Part shown: positions 41,262-51,574 of the stretch, one piece after another
Layout: every line of letters begins with the position of its first letter
How positions within the stretch are numbered: the first letter of the stretch is position 1
DNA from: an uncultured virus (IMG/VR IMGVR_UViG_3300035182_002505)
Lineage: Duplodnaviria; Heunggongvirae; Uroviricota; Caudoviricetes
Length of the DNA: 64,000 nucleotides
IMG/VR virus record: IMGVR_UViG_3300035182_002505
Strand: one strand, 5' to 3'
Notes under the pieces: model-generated
Database searches by the model: none
Told to the model about the DNA's origin: nothing
What the model saw: the letters and a program-made list of their open reading frames with translations, nothing else
Position numbers and translations under genes: made by a program

Positions 41262-42890
41262 TCACTCATCGGCGACGGGAACATCTTGACGTGATCCCCA
41301 CAGGAAGAAGTCTCCGTCCTTGCGCAGCCACCCAAGGCGCACGTACTTCTTGAGCGCCGCGTAGAGCGAGTTGAACAGCCTGTTGCCACTGATGAGCGGG
41401 TGGAATACGAGGCTATTGAAGCGGTGGGACGGTGACTCGACGAACACCTCGCGAAGGATGTCGATCCTTTTGACGTCTGACTCATCCAGCAGGTCTTGCT
41501 TCTTCTTCGGCTTGGCGTGACCCGACGTCGAAACGATCGGCCTCGCAGGAGGGTAGACATGCCCCATCGAACCGGTCGGCTCCAACGGAGTCGAAGATCT
41601 GGTGACGGCGGCCATCACCTGATCGATCAGGTCGCGGTAGGTCCGCTCCTCCTCGACGATGCGCTCCTTGCACATGACGATCCGACGCCTCAGATCCGCG
41701 ACATCCTCGGCGACATCGGGTGACAGAGTCAGGTCTCCTCGGAGCGCGCCTGTGACGAGGGGCGGGATGGCCACCATGGGTAGCGTGACCGACGACAGGT
41801 CGCCCCGGACGGTGCGGGGTGCGGGCTGGGGGGCACTCGCCACTCGAGGAGGGGTCGACGGAGGCTTGGGGGCGGCGGACGCCGGCCTAGCGGGGGCTGG
41901 GGTGAGGTCAGGCACCCCCAAACCGCTGAGGGATCCCATCGCCATCCTGGCGCCACCGAAGAGGGCAGGGGCGGGCGGCTGGGGCGCCAGAGCCGGCGGG
42001 GGCGCCGGGATAGCAGGGGCCCAGGATGACGGGGGCGGCGCGGGCGACACGGCGACAGGCGCAGGGGGTGCCGAGACAGGAGCGGCGGGAGCGGCGGGAG
42101 CGGGGGGCATCAGCCGCTGGGACTCGGGCTTGATCGAGACCTGGGGGCGCGGGAGATCGACGCCAAACCAGGGATCTCGGGCATGCGCCGCGACGGCGGG
42201 CACCGGAGGCGGAGGGGTGCGGGACTGGCCGGCGGCGGTGGGGCTGGCCAGCAATCGGGCAGCGATGGGCGGCGGGGGTGACCGCAGGGGCTGGGGGGGC
42301 GAGGGGGCAACCCTGGGAGAGGTGGCCGCGGGCTGGAGCAACCGGACCTTCGGAGACGACTGGATAATACGGCCCCTGGGTGTGGCAACAGGAGCTGGGG
42401 GTGGTGCGGCTGCGGGGGCGACGACGTCTACGTTCCTGTCGAGGACCAGCGGCTTGACCATCGGCAGCAGCATCTTCTGGTCGAGTTCGATGGACTTGTC
42501 CCGGGCGATCGTAGCCTTGATCTCCCTCGAGGACATGGCTCGCCGGATCCCCTTGGCCTCCATCTGCCGGATGCGTTCGCGGGTCAGGTTGAGGAAGGTG
42601 CCGACCTCACCGAGCGTCTTGGGGCCACCATCGGCGATGTCGAGGACGCAGGTTTGCGGGAGGTCTTCGAGTTCCGTGTCCGGGAATACCTCCTTGAGGT
42701 GGCCCGTCTTGAGGACCTCGACGGCGAGGTGGTACTTGCAAGAGATCCAGGGGCAAGGACGCATCCCCTCGGCGCAATCGGCCCGGGTCTTGGGGCGATG
42801 CTCGCGCATCTCATTGACCCACCCGTTGTCTCGTTTCGATGGTTCCACATCGAGCAGAACAGGCAACAATCGTTTCATCGGGATGCCCAC
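41262..42890 (-). CDS. Second Cys/His + sigma-4-like HTH protein, Pro-rich linker
   Basis: RPKTRADC..RPCPWISCKYHL; TCVLDIAD; TLGEVG..LTRERIRQME. Confidence 0.78.
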   Translation of the reverse strand: MGIPMKRLLPVLLDVEPSKRDNGWVNEMREHRPKTRADCAEGMRPCPWISCKYHLAVEVLKTGHLKEVFPDTELEDLPQTCVLDIADGGPKTLGEVGTFLNLTRERIRQMEAKGIRRAMSSREIKATIARDKSIELDQKMLLPMVKPLVLDRNVDVVAPAAAPPPAPVATPRGRIIQSSPKVRLLQPAATSPRVAPSPPQPLRSPPPPIAARLLASPTAAGQSRTPPPPVPAVAAHARDPWFGVDLPRPQVSIKPESQRLMPPAPAAPAAPVSAPPAPVAVSPAPPPSSWAPAIPAPPPALAPQPPAPALFGGARMAMGSLSGLGVPDLTPAPARPASAAPKPPSTPPRVASAPQPAPRTVRGDLSSVTLPMVAIPPLVTGALRGDLTLSPDVAEDVADLRRRIVMCKERIVEEERTYRDLIDQVMAAVTRSSTPLEPTGSMGHVYPPARPIVSTSGHAKPKKKQDLLDESDVKRIDILREVFVESPSHRFNSLVFHPLISGNRLFNSLYAALKKYVRLGWLRKDGDFFLWGSRQDVPVADE

Positions 42891-43039
42891 GAGGCCCCTC
42901 GATTATCGTGGGCGACGCCTACCGAGAATCCGTTCCTGTGCCGAGATTGTCTGGTCATGCTGCACAGAACGTACAGCACAGACCTTGTTGTTTCAAGACA
43001 TTTCCGACACGCTTCGCAGGCCAACTCGGAGCTTTTGTC

Positions 43040-43665
43040 TCACTTTTGCAGGCACGGAACGGTCGCCTGAACGTTGGCGACGATCTCGCTGAACTGTCCA
43101 CGATAGCGAGAGGATAGATGATGCATCGCAGCCAGCTTGGCCACGAACGGATCGGGATCGAGAGACACCTTCACGGCTCGCAGGTAAGGGTGACTTGGGC
43201 AAAGAGAAAGCACGTCATCGAGCAACTCGACTCTTTCCTGGTCGCCGATCTCGTTTTTTTCAGGAAGCCCACAAACACCTTGTCAGCCGCGGATGCGACG
43301 AGCTTCTCGAAGTCCTCGATGCGCCCCATGATGAGGAGATCGCGCCCCTGGTGACTGCCCCGGCCGATCAGACCGCGGACTGGCTCGCCCTGGGGAGGCA
43401 AGAGGTACGCAGCGAGGGGACTGTCGGGCTCGATCAGGACGAGCAAGATCGGTGCATTGGCATGGGAGGCATCGAGGGGGAGAGGCTCCTCGAACATGCG
43501 GACGGTGGGCGACGCGGCCAGGATGGCGACACGGTCCTAAGTGATGCCCGCGCGCAGGCTACTCCAGCCCATGTCACCGCGGGCGATGAGGGCAGCACCC
43601 CAAGAGACATGAGAGCCGGATGATCCGCGGGGCTCGATGCCCAGGATGTAGAACCTGTCGTTCAT
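43040..43665 (-). pseudogene. Hypothetical gene with in-frame TAG (43537-43539) and A7 frameshift (43254-43260)
   Basis: ATGA-coupled to methylase; MNDRFYILGIEP..GIT*DRVAIL..FLKK/NEIGDQERVELLDD. Confidence 0.55.
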
Positions 43666-44714
43666 GATGCTACCTCGGCGCTGTTCTTCGACGCACGCTT
43701 GCGGCGAGGAGCCGGCGTAGCACAGGGGGCGACGTCGCCGAAATCGAGGGCGCCCTGGGAGCTGGGCGGCTTGGCCGGTGAGCTACTGACGGGGTAGGTC
43801 GTCGAGACCGGGGCGGGCGGGTCGACCACGTCGAGGATCGAGAGCTGGCCACTGCGGGCTGCCTTGAGGCTGAGGCATCGTTGCTCCGCCACCAGCCGGT
43901 CGGTGGCGGTTTTGTGGTGGACCTCGCTCTGCTCGCATCCGAGAAAGCGGCGACCGAGGCGAAGTGCCGCGACGCCGGTGGTGCCAGATCCGGCGTAGGG
44001 GTCGAGGACGATCTCGCCGGGGCGGGAGAACAGTTCGACCAGCTCCAGCATGAGCGAGACGGGCTTCTGCGTCGGGTGCAGCCGGTCGGTCTCGATGCCG
44101 TGGGTCCAGACGGCGTGGTGGCCGCCGCCGTTCCAGGACTTCTTGCCCGGCCGGTGGGCGATGGTCACGCACTCGGTGCCGGAGGCAGGGCGGTCGCCGG
44201 TGAACTGCGGGGTGGCGCCGACCTTGACCCAGACGCCGGTGCGGATGTACTCGAGCCCGGCGTCGGTGAGGGCACGGCGCCAGTCGCCGGGGCTCTCGAT
44301 GTCCGAGAAGATGAGGACCCAGCGGCGCGTCAGGCGAGCAAGCTGCTTGGCCGTGGCGACCATCTGGGCCGGGGTGATGGAGGCGAACCCGAAATCTGCC
44401 TGCGAGCTGATGTCGGTCGCGACGGCCCCTTTCTTCGAGCCACTCCGTGCCTTGCCGTGGACGTGGGCGCTGTAGGGCGGGTCGAGGATGGCAACGTCGG
44501 CCGCGAGATCGGGCAACGTCTTCAGAAAATGGATGCACTCGCCATGGTGAACATGAACATCATCACCCAGCGGGAAGGTGGACGCACCATCCTTGACCTT
44601 GGCGACCCTGGAAACCTTGGGAAGGTTTCCGGTTTTCCTCACCGATCTTGCAGCACGCTTCTTGACGACCGACGGCGGCACATCCGGCATTTGTTCGCTG
44701 CTCGTTTCGCTCAT
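43662..44714 (-). CDS. N4/N6 DNA methyltransferase (beta class)
   Basis: ILDPPY, HPTQKP, VLDPYAGSGTT. Confidence 0.9.
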   Translation of the reverse strand: MSETSSEQMPDVPPSVVKKRAARSVRKTGNLPKVSRVAKVKDGASTFPLGDDVHVHHGECIHFLKTLPDLAADVAILDPPYSAHVHGKARSGSKKGAVATDISSQADFGFASITPAQMVATAKQLARLTRRWVLIFSDIESPGDWRRALTDAGLEYIRTGVWVKVGATPQFTGDRPASGTECVTIAHRPGKKSWNGGGHHAVWTHGIETDRLHPTQKPVSLMLELVELFSRPGEIVLDPYAGSGTTGVAALRLGRRFLGCEQSEVHHKTATDRLVAEQRCLSLKAARSGQLSILDVVDPPAPVSTTYPVSSSPAKPPSSQGALDFGDVAPCATPAPRRKRASKNSAEVAS

Positions 44715-44748
44715 GATGAAAAGAATACTACAAACACGCTTGTCTCTG

Positions 44749-46707
44749 TCAAGCCCGATTCGACTTATCTCTCATCTTCCCAAGATATCCATGTTTTGAC
44801 CGGGCGCATTCCTGGGCCTTGCGAAGCAGATCCATCTCACGATCCTGATCGCCAGACTGGGTTGCGATCGCGATCTGGTAGAGCAGGTGTCTTCCTTCGA
44901 TGCTCAGGTGGCGTACCTGAACCGCATTGAGCGCGGACGCGAGCGCCTCCTCGGCGGCGGCGAGGTCCTGGTACTGGGGGCAGGTGGCGCGTTCGGCGAC
45001 GAAGGATTTGAGCGAGGATGGTACTCGGTCGAGGAGCGGCTCGATACCGGCGGCAAAAAGACCGCCATCGCCGCGGGTTTCTTCTCGCATGATGTCGATG
45101 ACGATGGCGACGTCGCCCTCCATGGCGGCAAACCCTTCTTCGTGCTGCGAGGCATCGAGAAGTTCGGGGAAGTCGAGGAGTGCGCCGAGGACGGCCTGGG
45201 CAGTCAGGTCGGTGCCCTTCATGGGAGGCAGCGGGTCACCGACGCGGGGATGAAGGGCGTAGTCGACCCCAGGGAGGATGGCCACGAGCCCGGCGCTGCC
45301 GGTGGACTTGGCCAGGTTGCGTTCACCGAGATGGCGAAGTTGCAGGAAGGTCTCCGCGTCGAACTGCCCCGTCTTGTCGTCCCGGGCGGCGAAATGGGTG
45401 GCGATCTGCTCGGCGTAAGACCGGGCCATACCCCGGACGATCGGGTCTCGTTCGCCGGCAAGCAGGTCGAGGACCTCGCGGGCGACCTGGGCCCTCTCCT
45501 GGCTGTCGGTGACCGTCGTGGCCCGGTCCATGATCTGGCGGAGGAGGTGCTCGAGGATGCCCTGGCCCCCCTTGACCATATCGAGGACGGCCTGCGCACC
45601 ATGGGCCCGAATGAAGCTGTCGGGGTCGTGGCCATTGGGGAGCGCGGCCACACGGGTGATCAGGCCGGCCCCTCGACAGGGCTCCCGGGCAGAGGATACG
45701 GCCTTGGTACCTGCAGCGTCGCCATCAAAGAAAAGCGCGACCCGAGGGGCGTAACGCCGGATCTCCTCGGCATGATCGCTGGTCATGGCGGTGCCGAGGG
45801 GTGCCACGGCGTGAAGGATACCGCGGGCGTGGAGGGCGACGACATCGAGGTTACCTTCGACGACGAGAGCTTCTCCAACCCGGCGGATCGCGGTTCTGGC
45901 CTGGAAGAGTCCAAAGACGACGTGCCCCTTGCGGTAGACGTCCGTCTCCTTGCTGTTGACGTACTTGCCCTGGGTCGACGTGATCTCGCCGGTGACCGGG
46001 TGGGGCAGGACGCGGCCGGAGAACCCGACGACCCGGCCCTGGGTGTCAAGGATAGGGAACATGAGCCGGTGACGGAACCGGTCATAGGGGAGCTGGCTGC
46101 GCTCGGAGATTCCGGCCAGGTCAGCAGCCTGCATGATCTCGAGCGAGATGCCGTTGGCCCGGAGGTGGTCGTGCAGCGAGGTGGCCATCGTCGGGGCGTA
46201 CCCGATCCGAAAGGCTGCGAGGGCGGCTTGCACCGCCTCTGGTCCGTCGAGGGGGAGGTCGCGGACCTTGGCCAGGTGGTCACGGGCCACGTGGGCGTCG
46301 GCGTGGTCACGAAGCTGTGCCTCGAAGTAGGCGCAGGCGATCCGCAGGGCAGAGTAGATCGCCTCGCGGCGCGACCGGAGCTGGGCCTGGCGCTCCCGGT
46401 CCCCCGGCTCATCGTCGGTCATCTCGATGTCGACCGAGAAGCGGCAGGCAATCTCGTGGATGGCCTCGGGGAACGACAGGCCATCGGACTTCATGACGAA
46501 GTCGATGATGCCGCCGTGCTCACCGCAGCCGTAACAGACGTAGCTCTGGCGGGCCTCGTTGACCGTGAAGCTCGGCGTCTTCTCGGCGTGGAAGGGGCAG
46601 AGTCCCTTCCACAAACCGCCTGCTCGACGGAGCTTGACGCTGTCGTTGATCACGTCCTTGATGCTCGCCTTGCTGCGGACAAGGCGGATCGAGTCGTGGG
46701 AGATCAA
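44749..46707 (-). CDS. dnaG: DNA primase
   Basis: CPFHAEKTPSF..CYGC, FSGR, KYVNS, VEGNLD, FDGDAAG, DPD. Confidence 0.95.
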   Translation of the reverse strand: MISHDSIRLVRSKASIKDVINDSVKLRRAGGLWKGLCPFHAEKTPSFTVNEARQSYVCYGCGEHGGIIDFVMKSDGLSFPEAIHEIACRFSVDIEMTDDEPGDRERQAQLRSRREAIYSALRIACAYFEAQLRDHADAHVARDHLAKVRDLPLDGPEAVQAALAAFRIGYAPTMATSLHDHLRANGISLEIMQAADLAGISERSQLPYDRFRHRLMFPILDTQGRVVGFSGRVLPHPVTGEITSTQGKYVNSKETDVYRKGHVVFGLFQARTAIRRVGEALVVEGNLDVVALHARGILHAVAPLGTAMTSDHAEEIRRYAPRVALFFDGDAAGTKAVSSAREPCRGAGLITRVAALPNGHDPDSFIRAHGAQAVLDMVKGGQGILEHLLRQIMDRATTVTDSQERAQVAREVLDLLAGERDPIVRGMARSYAEQIATHFAARDDKTGQFDAETFLQLRHLGERNLAKSTGSAGLVAILPGVDYALHPRVGDPLPPMKGTDLTAQAVLGALLDFPELLDASQHEEGFAAMEGDVAIVIDIMREETRGDGGLFAAGIEPLLDRVPSSLKSFVAERATCPQYQDLAAAEEALASALNAVQVRHLSIEGRHLLYQIAIATQSGDQDREMDLLRKAQECARSKHGYLGKMRDKSNRA

Positions 46708-46811
46708 CGACTCACCGTGGCGAAAAGAGACGAGAATGAGACATTTCGCAGCATCGGGCGGAATGTCTCACCACGGCAGCCCGGCGGTCAAGCGGCGTTT
46801 TGTCCCGGTGC

Positions 46812-47588
46812 TCAGGCGAACCGGGGCACCGTGGTGATCGCGTAGATCTCGGCGGTGCGTCGGGTGTTCTCGACCGTGTCCCAGCCGACTCGGGCAAAGC
46901 CGCCGTCGCCCCAGTCCTGGCCCCAGGAGTTCTGGATCTCGAGCGACTCCTCGTCGTAGCCGACGCCGCAGACGTAGTGCGTGTCGGTCTGGTTCGGATC
47001 CTCGACGTACTCCCAGACGCGGTTGTCCGAGAGGTCCATGAACGCGCGGTCGACCGTGATGGCGAGCGTCACGGGGAAGCCCGAGGCAATGGCGCGCTTG
47101 ATGTCGACACGGTCGAGGCAGGTGTAGCGCTGGAGCTGGTGGCTCTGGTCGAACGAGGCGCGGTAGATCGAGGGTGGAGGGGTCTCGAGCACGTTGCGCA
47201 CCTGGCCGTTCACCTCGAGCGGGTAGGCGTCCATCGGGCAGAAGCCGTAGTCGTCGATCGCGTGAAAGGCGCTGCGGACGAAGCAGCCAGCGTCCATGGT
47301 GTCGAGCCCGTCGTAGCGGCGGGCCTCCCAGTAGAGGGCCGGGGTCGAGATCGGCCGCAGGTCGACCTGCCCGGAGACGGCCCAGCGGAGCAGGATGGCG
47401 TGGGCGATGGCGTGGGCGACGCAGGAGTTGGTCTGCTTCTGGCGCAGGAACTGGAGCACGGATCCGCGCATGGACCGGCTCGCGGGAAGGTCGCCGGTTC
47501 CGCTCATGGCGCCGACGAGGTGCTCGACATGGCGGGCGTGTGCATCGATCGGACCGGGCTTGTGCCCAAGGCAGCGTTCTTCGCTCAT
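46812..47588 (-). CDS. Second papain-like C1 peptidase
   Basis: QKQTNSCVAH, THYVCGVGY, QNSWGQDWGDGG. Confidence 0.85.
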   Translation of the reverse strand: MSEERCLGHKPGPIDAHARHVEHLVGAMSGTGDLPASRSMRGSVLQFLRQKQTNSCVAHAIAHAILLRWAVSGQVDLRPISTPALYWEARRYDGLDTMDAGCFVRSAFHAIDDYGFCPMDAYPLEVNGQVRNVLETPPPSIYRASFDQSHQLQRYTCLDRVDIKRAIASGFPVTLAITVDRAFMDLSDNRVWEYVEDPNQTDTHYVCGVGYDEESLEIQNSWGQDWGDGGFARVGWDTVENTRRTAEIYAITTVPRFA

Positions 47589-47666
47589 GGCGCCGACGAT
47601 ACGCCACGGCCCGACCATCCCCAAATTGCCTGCCCTCGATGTGCCGGGTCGTGATAGGATATCTGC

Positions 47667-47948
47667 ATGCCCAACAAACCGTACCCCGAAGGCGACCACC
47701 GCAACGTGTTCGGCATTTGTAACCCGATCAAGCCCTTTGTCGACATGCCATTCGAGGTCTTCGCGCAGCGACTTGTCGTCGACAGCGAGATCGAGATCGG
47801 TGACAGCACGGCGCACCCGTGCGGCCCGTTGTTGCGCAAGGCCAAGCGCGTGCGAACCGTAAACGATCTGGTCCGCCTCAACCGGGCTATCGAGCGCTAC
47901 ATGACCGCCTGGCACCGACGCCAGCACCCCGCCCCCTCAGCGATCTAG
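47667..47948 (+). CDS. Hypothetical protein
   Basis: TAGGAT-N6-ATG, GC3 bias. Confidence 0.5.
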   Translation: MPNKPYPEGDHRNVFGICNPIKPFVDMPFEVFAQRLVVDSEIEIGDSTAHPCGPLLRKAKRVRTVNDLVRLNRAIERYMTAWHRRQHPAPSAI

Positions 47949-47994
47949 CATCGGGCATTCGGCTGGCGTAATTTCGTGACTTGCGGTAGCGTGA

Positions 47995-48400
47995 GGTGGT
48001 GGGAACCAGGAAAACCGAGAACCCATCCGCATCCCGAGTGACGTAATTTACCCTGGCATTTATGAGCAGGCCGTGCGGGAGGCGAGGGTCAAGTTCGGCC
48101 CCCTCGGCAGTATTCCGCGATCGGCGTGGATTGTGAGGAGGTACCAGGCTCTGGGTGGAACCTACAAACCACGCAAGAAAAACAGCAAACCGAAGGGGAT
48201 CAATGCCTGGTTCACCGAGAACTGGATCTCGGCCCGCGATGGGTCGCCTTGCTTGCGTATTGAGTCGGACGGAACGTACCGCCCCTGTTACCCAACCAAG
48301 GGGAAGAAGGCGACGCCAGGACGCAAAAAGCGTGCGGTTGATCGTGCCCGGGGCCGTGGCAAGAAGACGGTTTTTCCGTGTAGATTTTGCACCGCAAGTC
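47995..48400 (+). pseudogene. Virus-type basic protein (DUF5872-like from memory), start and end unclear
   Basis: YEQAVREARVKF..SAWIVRRYQALGGTY..WFTENW..PC..PCYP. Confidence 0.4.
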
Positions 48401-48418
48401 AATCCGTCTCATTTTCTG

Positions 48419-49270
48419 TCAGAGGATGTTTGGCGACAGATAGAGCGACTCGACGGTCTGCTCATCGCGGCCAAGGAGGGTGGCCTGGGCCGATCGGCCG
48501 GCAGGAAGGTCGACGCGGCGCAGGCCGAGGGACGCCGGCAGCGACTCGCCGTGAACCTTCGCGCCGGTGCGGCCGTCGAAGGACAAGAGGAAGGGCACGC
48601 CGCGCGAGCGCAGGTCGTCCAGGGCGGCGAGGAGGCGGGGGAGATCGAGGCCCTGCTGGTAGCGACGGTCTCGGGGGCCGCTGGTGCCCTGGTACGGCGG
48701 GTCGAGGTACACGACGTCGTCCGGAGTCGCCTCCGCGCAGGTCACGGCGAAGTCCTGGGTCCGCAGGATCGTCCGGCCGAAGAGCAGGCGGGAGGCGGCC
48801 CGCAGGTGCTGGCGCATCCGTGGCGGCTCGGTCCCGAGGCGGCGAGCGTCGGGCGACTGATTGAAGTACCCGGCCTGGTTGAACCGGGGGACGCTTTTGG
48901 CAGCTCGTGCGAGCAGGTAGAGGAAGTCGGCGTGCGCGCTCGGGTCGAGCGGGTCGCCGGTGCGGGACCGCAGGCGCGCGGCGTCGAAGACGGCGCGGCA
49001 GCCGGGCGCCTCGTCGAGCCAGCGGGACTGGTACAGGTCGGCGAGGTAGTCCGGCGCGTGGATGACGCTCTCCCAGACACCCATGAGCGGCGCGAGCGAG
49101 TCCCCGAGCAGCAGCAGCGTCGACCCGCTCCTCGACGCCACCGCCAGGGCCAGCGCCCCCGACCCCAGGAATGGCTCGACCCAGCGCCCGCGGAAGGCCG
49201 GGACGTGGTCGAGAATCTGGGGGGCGAGGCGACGCTTGCTGCCCTGGTACGGGATCGGGTGCGGGATCAT
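48419..49270 (-). CDS. Dam-family (D12) adenine methyltransferase
   Basis: PIPYQGSK, EPFLGSGA, YLDPPY. Confidence 0.9.
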   Translation of the reverse strand: MIPHPIPYQGSKRRLAPQILDHVPAFRGRWVEPFLGSGALALAVASRSGSTLLLLGDSLAPLMGVWESVIHAPDYLADLYQSRWLDEAPGCRAVFDAARLRSRTGDPLDPSAHADFLYLLARAAKSVPRFNQAGYFNQSPDARRLGTEPPRMRQHLRAASRLLFGRTILRTQDFAVTCAEATPDDVVYLDPPYQGTSGPRDRRYQQGLDLPRLLAALDDLRSRGVPFLLSFDGRTGAKVHGESLPASLGLRRVDLPAGRSAQATLLGRDEQTVESLYLSPNIL

Positions 49271-49376
49271 CGCCCAATCGTCGCCCGATGCACGACCATC
49301 GAGCAAGGACTTTGTTGTTGCTCAACGATGGCAATCCATTCGTGCTGTTTTTTTGCCATCGACATTACACGTCGAT

Positions 49377-49598
49377 TCATCGATCGTGATCGACAAACGA
49401 ATCGACATCCTTCTTCAAAAACCACGTGCCGACATCGCAGCAGCAGATGAAGGCCAGCAGCATGACGGATGTCGCGAGCGCGGTGTCGAGCATGTAGCGG
49501 AGAAGAGGTCGCCCTGCACCGATGGTCAGGCTGATCATCAGGGCGATAGCCGCGCCGTAGACAAGGCCAACCACGGCGACGTGGAGGTAACGAATCAT
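49377..49598 (-). CDS. Small two-TM protein
   Basis: ATGA-coupled; hydrophobic. Confidence 0.45.
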   Translation of the reverse strand: MIRYLHVAVVGLVYGAAIALMISLTIGAGRPLLRYMLDTALATSVMLLAFICCCDVGTWFLKKDVDSFVDHDR

Positions 49599-50254
49599 CC
49601 ATTCCTCTGCATCTCGCGGCGCTTCACAGGATCGGCAAAGTCCTTGAGCACGCGCAGCTCCTGGCGTAGCTCTTCGAGGTCTGGCCGGTCCGGAAACTCG
49701 TTCATGCGGCGACGGGCGCCGAGGATGAGACGGGTCGCCCAGGCCAGTGCCAGGAGGGCTGCGGCGACGGTGAACAAGGGGCTGTGGCGGAGGTGTAGCG
49801 TCCAGGCGACGAGCTGGCCCACCCCCATCTCGAGGAAGATGGCAGGGATCATGGCGGCCAAGGCGAAGAGGTACTTCGCGGTGGGTTGGCCAGCCACGAA
49901 GACCACAACCTGGCTGGACGTGCTGCCGTCGGGTCCATCGATCTCGACGTGAAAGCGCTCCCGGTCGAGCACGAGCTTGTCGAAGAGAAGGGGCAAGTCG
50001 GGGGAGAGCCAGAACTCGGGCTGGAACGGGTCGATGTAGGCTCCCCGAAGGACAAGGTATTTGTTTGAGGAAGCAAAGCAGTCCCTGCCAAATGTCTTCC
50101 CCGGCTCACGGACGGTCGAGTCCGAGATCGACAGGAGCGTCCTCTTGGCCGGTTCCGTGAGCCTTGGGGTATTGTCGTCGATGATCTCGACCTTCATGGG
50201 TCCACGTCGCTGGATAATCTTTTGGTAGAGCTTTGCACGTTCGTCTTCGGCCAT
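49595..50254 (-). CDS. Membrane protein
   Basis: Two TMs; TAAGCT-N6-ATG. Confidence 0.55.
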   Translation of the reverse strand: MAEDERAKLYQKIIQRRGPMKVEIIDDNTPRLTEPAKRTLLSISDSTVREPGKTFGRDCFASSNKYLVLRGAYIDPFQPEFWLSPDLPLLFDKLVLDRERFHVEIDGPDGSTSSQVVVFVAGQPTAKYLFALAAMIPAIFLEMGVGQLVAWTLHLRHSPLFTVAAALLALAWATRLILGARRRMNEFPDRPDLEELRQELRVLKDFADPVKRREMQRNG

Positions 50255-50362
50255 TTTTGCAGCTTATCACATCTTTGGGCATATCGGCGCCACGACGGCC
50301 AGAAACTCAGGGATGCACAGGTTTGCGATTGTGTCCGCGCAGGCTCTATGCTCGCTGGCACG

Positions 50363-51574
50363 ATGATCGATCAAGAGGGATTTTTCAAGGTTTGGCTGGG
50401 CAACAAGAATCCCCAGAACCTCGCCCAGGTTCTGGGCTCACTGGTCACTAACAAGCCGGGGGCCACGGGCCCCACGGGAGCGACCGGTGCCACGGGCCCC
50501 ACGGGAGCGACCGGTGCCACGGGCCCGACGGGGGCGACCGGTGCCACCGGAGCGGCTGGCACGATCTCGGACTTCGTCTACCCGGTGTTCGACGGTGGTC
50601 CCTATGCCACCATCGCCGCCGCCATCGCGCAGGCGGTGGCTGACGGTGCCACCATCGGCCGCCCGGCGACGGTCCTCATCTCACCCAAGAGCAACAGCTC
50701 GGGGTGGGCGGAGGACATCAACCTGGTGGCCGGCGTGAACATCCAGGGCGTCTGGGCGCGGCAGGACTACGGTGTCCTGATCAACGGGACGATCTCGTAC
50801 ACCCCGGGCCCTGGTGGGGCGCCGGTGCAGAAGGTCAACGTGGACGGGCTCTGGGTCCAGGCGCCCGCCGGCCGTCCGTGCGTCGAAATCATCGGCGCAA
50901 ACCTCGGCAAGGTGTACCTGCGGGACTGCCTGCTCAGCAAGGTGGTCACGGGCGACACGACGCCGGTCATCGTGATGAACGGGAACTCTCTCTCGACGCT
51001 CTTCATCTACGACTGCTCGGGCAACGTCTTTCCGGGCGGCATGGCCTACCAGATCACGACCGGCAAGTTTGCGGCGACCCGCTGCGACATCTCCGGCGGG
51101 TCGGCTGCTCGTGCTCTCGAGGTCGGGGCGACAGGGTCTGCTTCGATGACAGACGTGAACCTTGTGGCATTTGGACCTGACGTGGTCAACGTCGCATCCG
51201 GAGGGTCCTACAGGTTTGTTCGTTGCACCATCGAGCAGGTACAGGCCAACGGCAGTGGGATCGTGCAGCAAGGGTCTGGTCCTTTGACCACCGGGTCCTG
51301 CCTTTCATGCACGTTCCTCGTGCCAACGTCCACCCCGATCCTGGGCGGTTACGCCGTCAAGGGGACCGGCATCTGGGCGAACGGAAATAACCTGTTCTCG
51401 GACAACCAGAACATCCAGGTCCCGGGGCTGACTCCTGCCCCGCTCGCGACGGCACCGATCAATACGCCGTTACTCCTCGGGCGGCGCAACCGGCGGCACC
51501 TCTGCATCGTGGGCCGATACGATGATGAGGTCACGGTGCATCATTTCGTCGAACAGTTCGTCGTATTCGTCTAG
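50363..51574 (+). CDS. Collagen-like fibre protein C (N-terminus of A, C-terminus homologous to B)
   Basis: [13 protein letters not shown].. identical to [36 protein letters not shown] shared with B. Confidence 0.82.
   Translation: MIDQEGFFKVWLGNKNPQNLAQVLGSLVTNKPGATGPTGATGATGPTGATGATGPTGATGATGAAGTISDFVYPVFDGGPYATIAAAIAQAVADGATIGRPATVLISPKSNSSGWAEDINLVAGVNIQGVWARQDYGVLINGTISYTPGPGGAPVQKVNVDGLWVQAPAGRPCVEIIGANLGKVYLRDCLLSKVVTGDTTPVIVMNGNSLSTLFIYDCSGNVFPGGMAYQITTGKFAATRCDISGGSAARALEVGATGSASMTDVNLVAFGPDVVNVASGGSYRFVRCTIEQVQANGSGIVQQGSGPLTTGSCLSCTFLVPTSTPILGGYAVKGTGIWANGNNLFSDNQNIQVPGLTPAPLATAPINTPLLLGRRNRRHLCIVGRYDDEVTVHHFVEQFVVFV
50376..50466. repeat. 91-bp perfect inverted copy of 1888-1978
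   Basis: Base-by-base comparison. Confidence 0.95.

Noticed and set aside
43254..43260. Programmed -1 frameshift at the A7 run
   Set aside because: Phase does not fit X_XXY_YYZ and the same gene has an in-frame stop.
44887..46845. 652-aa plus-strand ORF
   Set aside because: Codon-aligned antisense shadow of dnaG.
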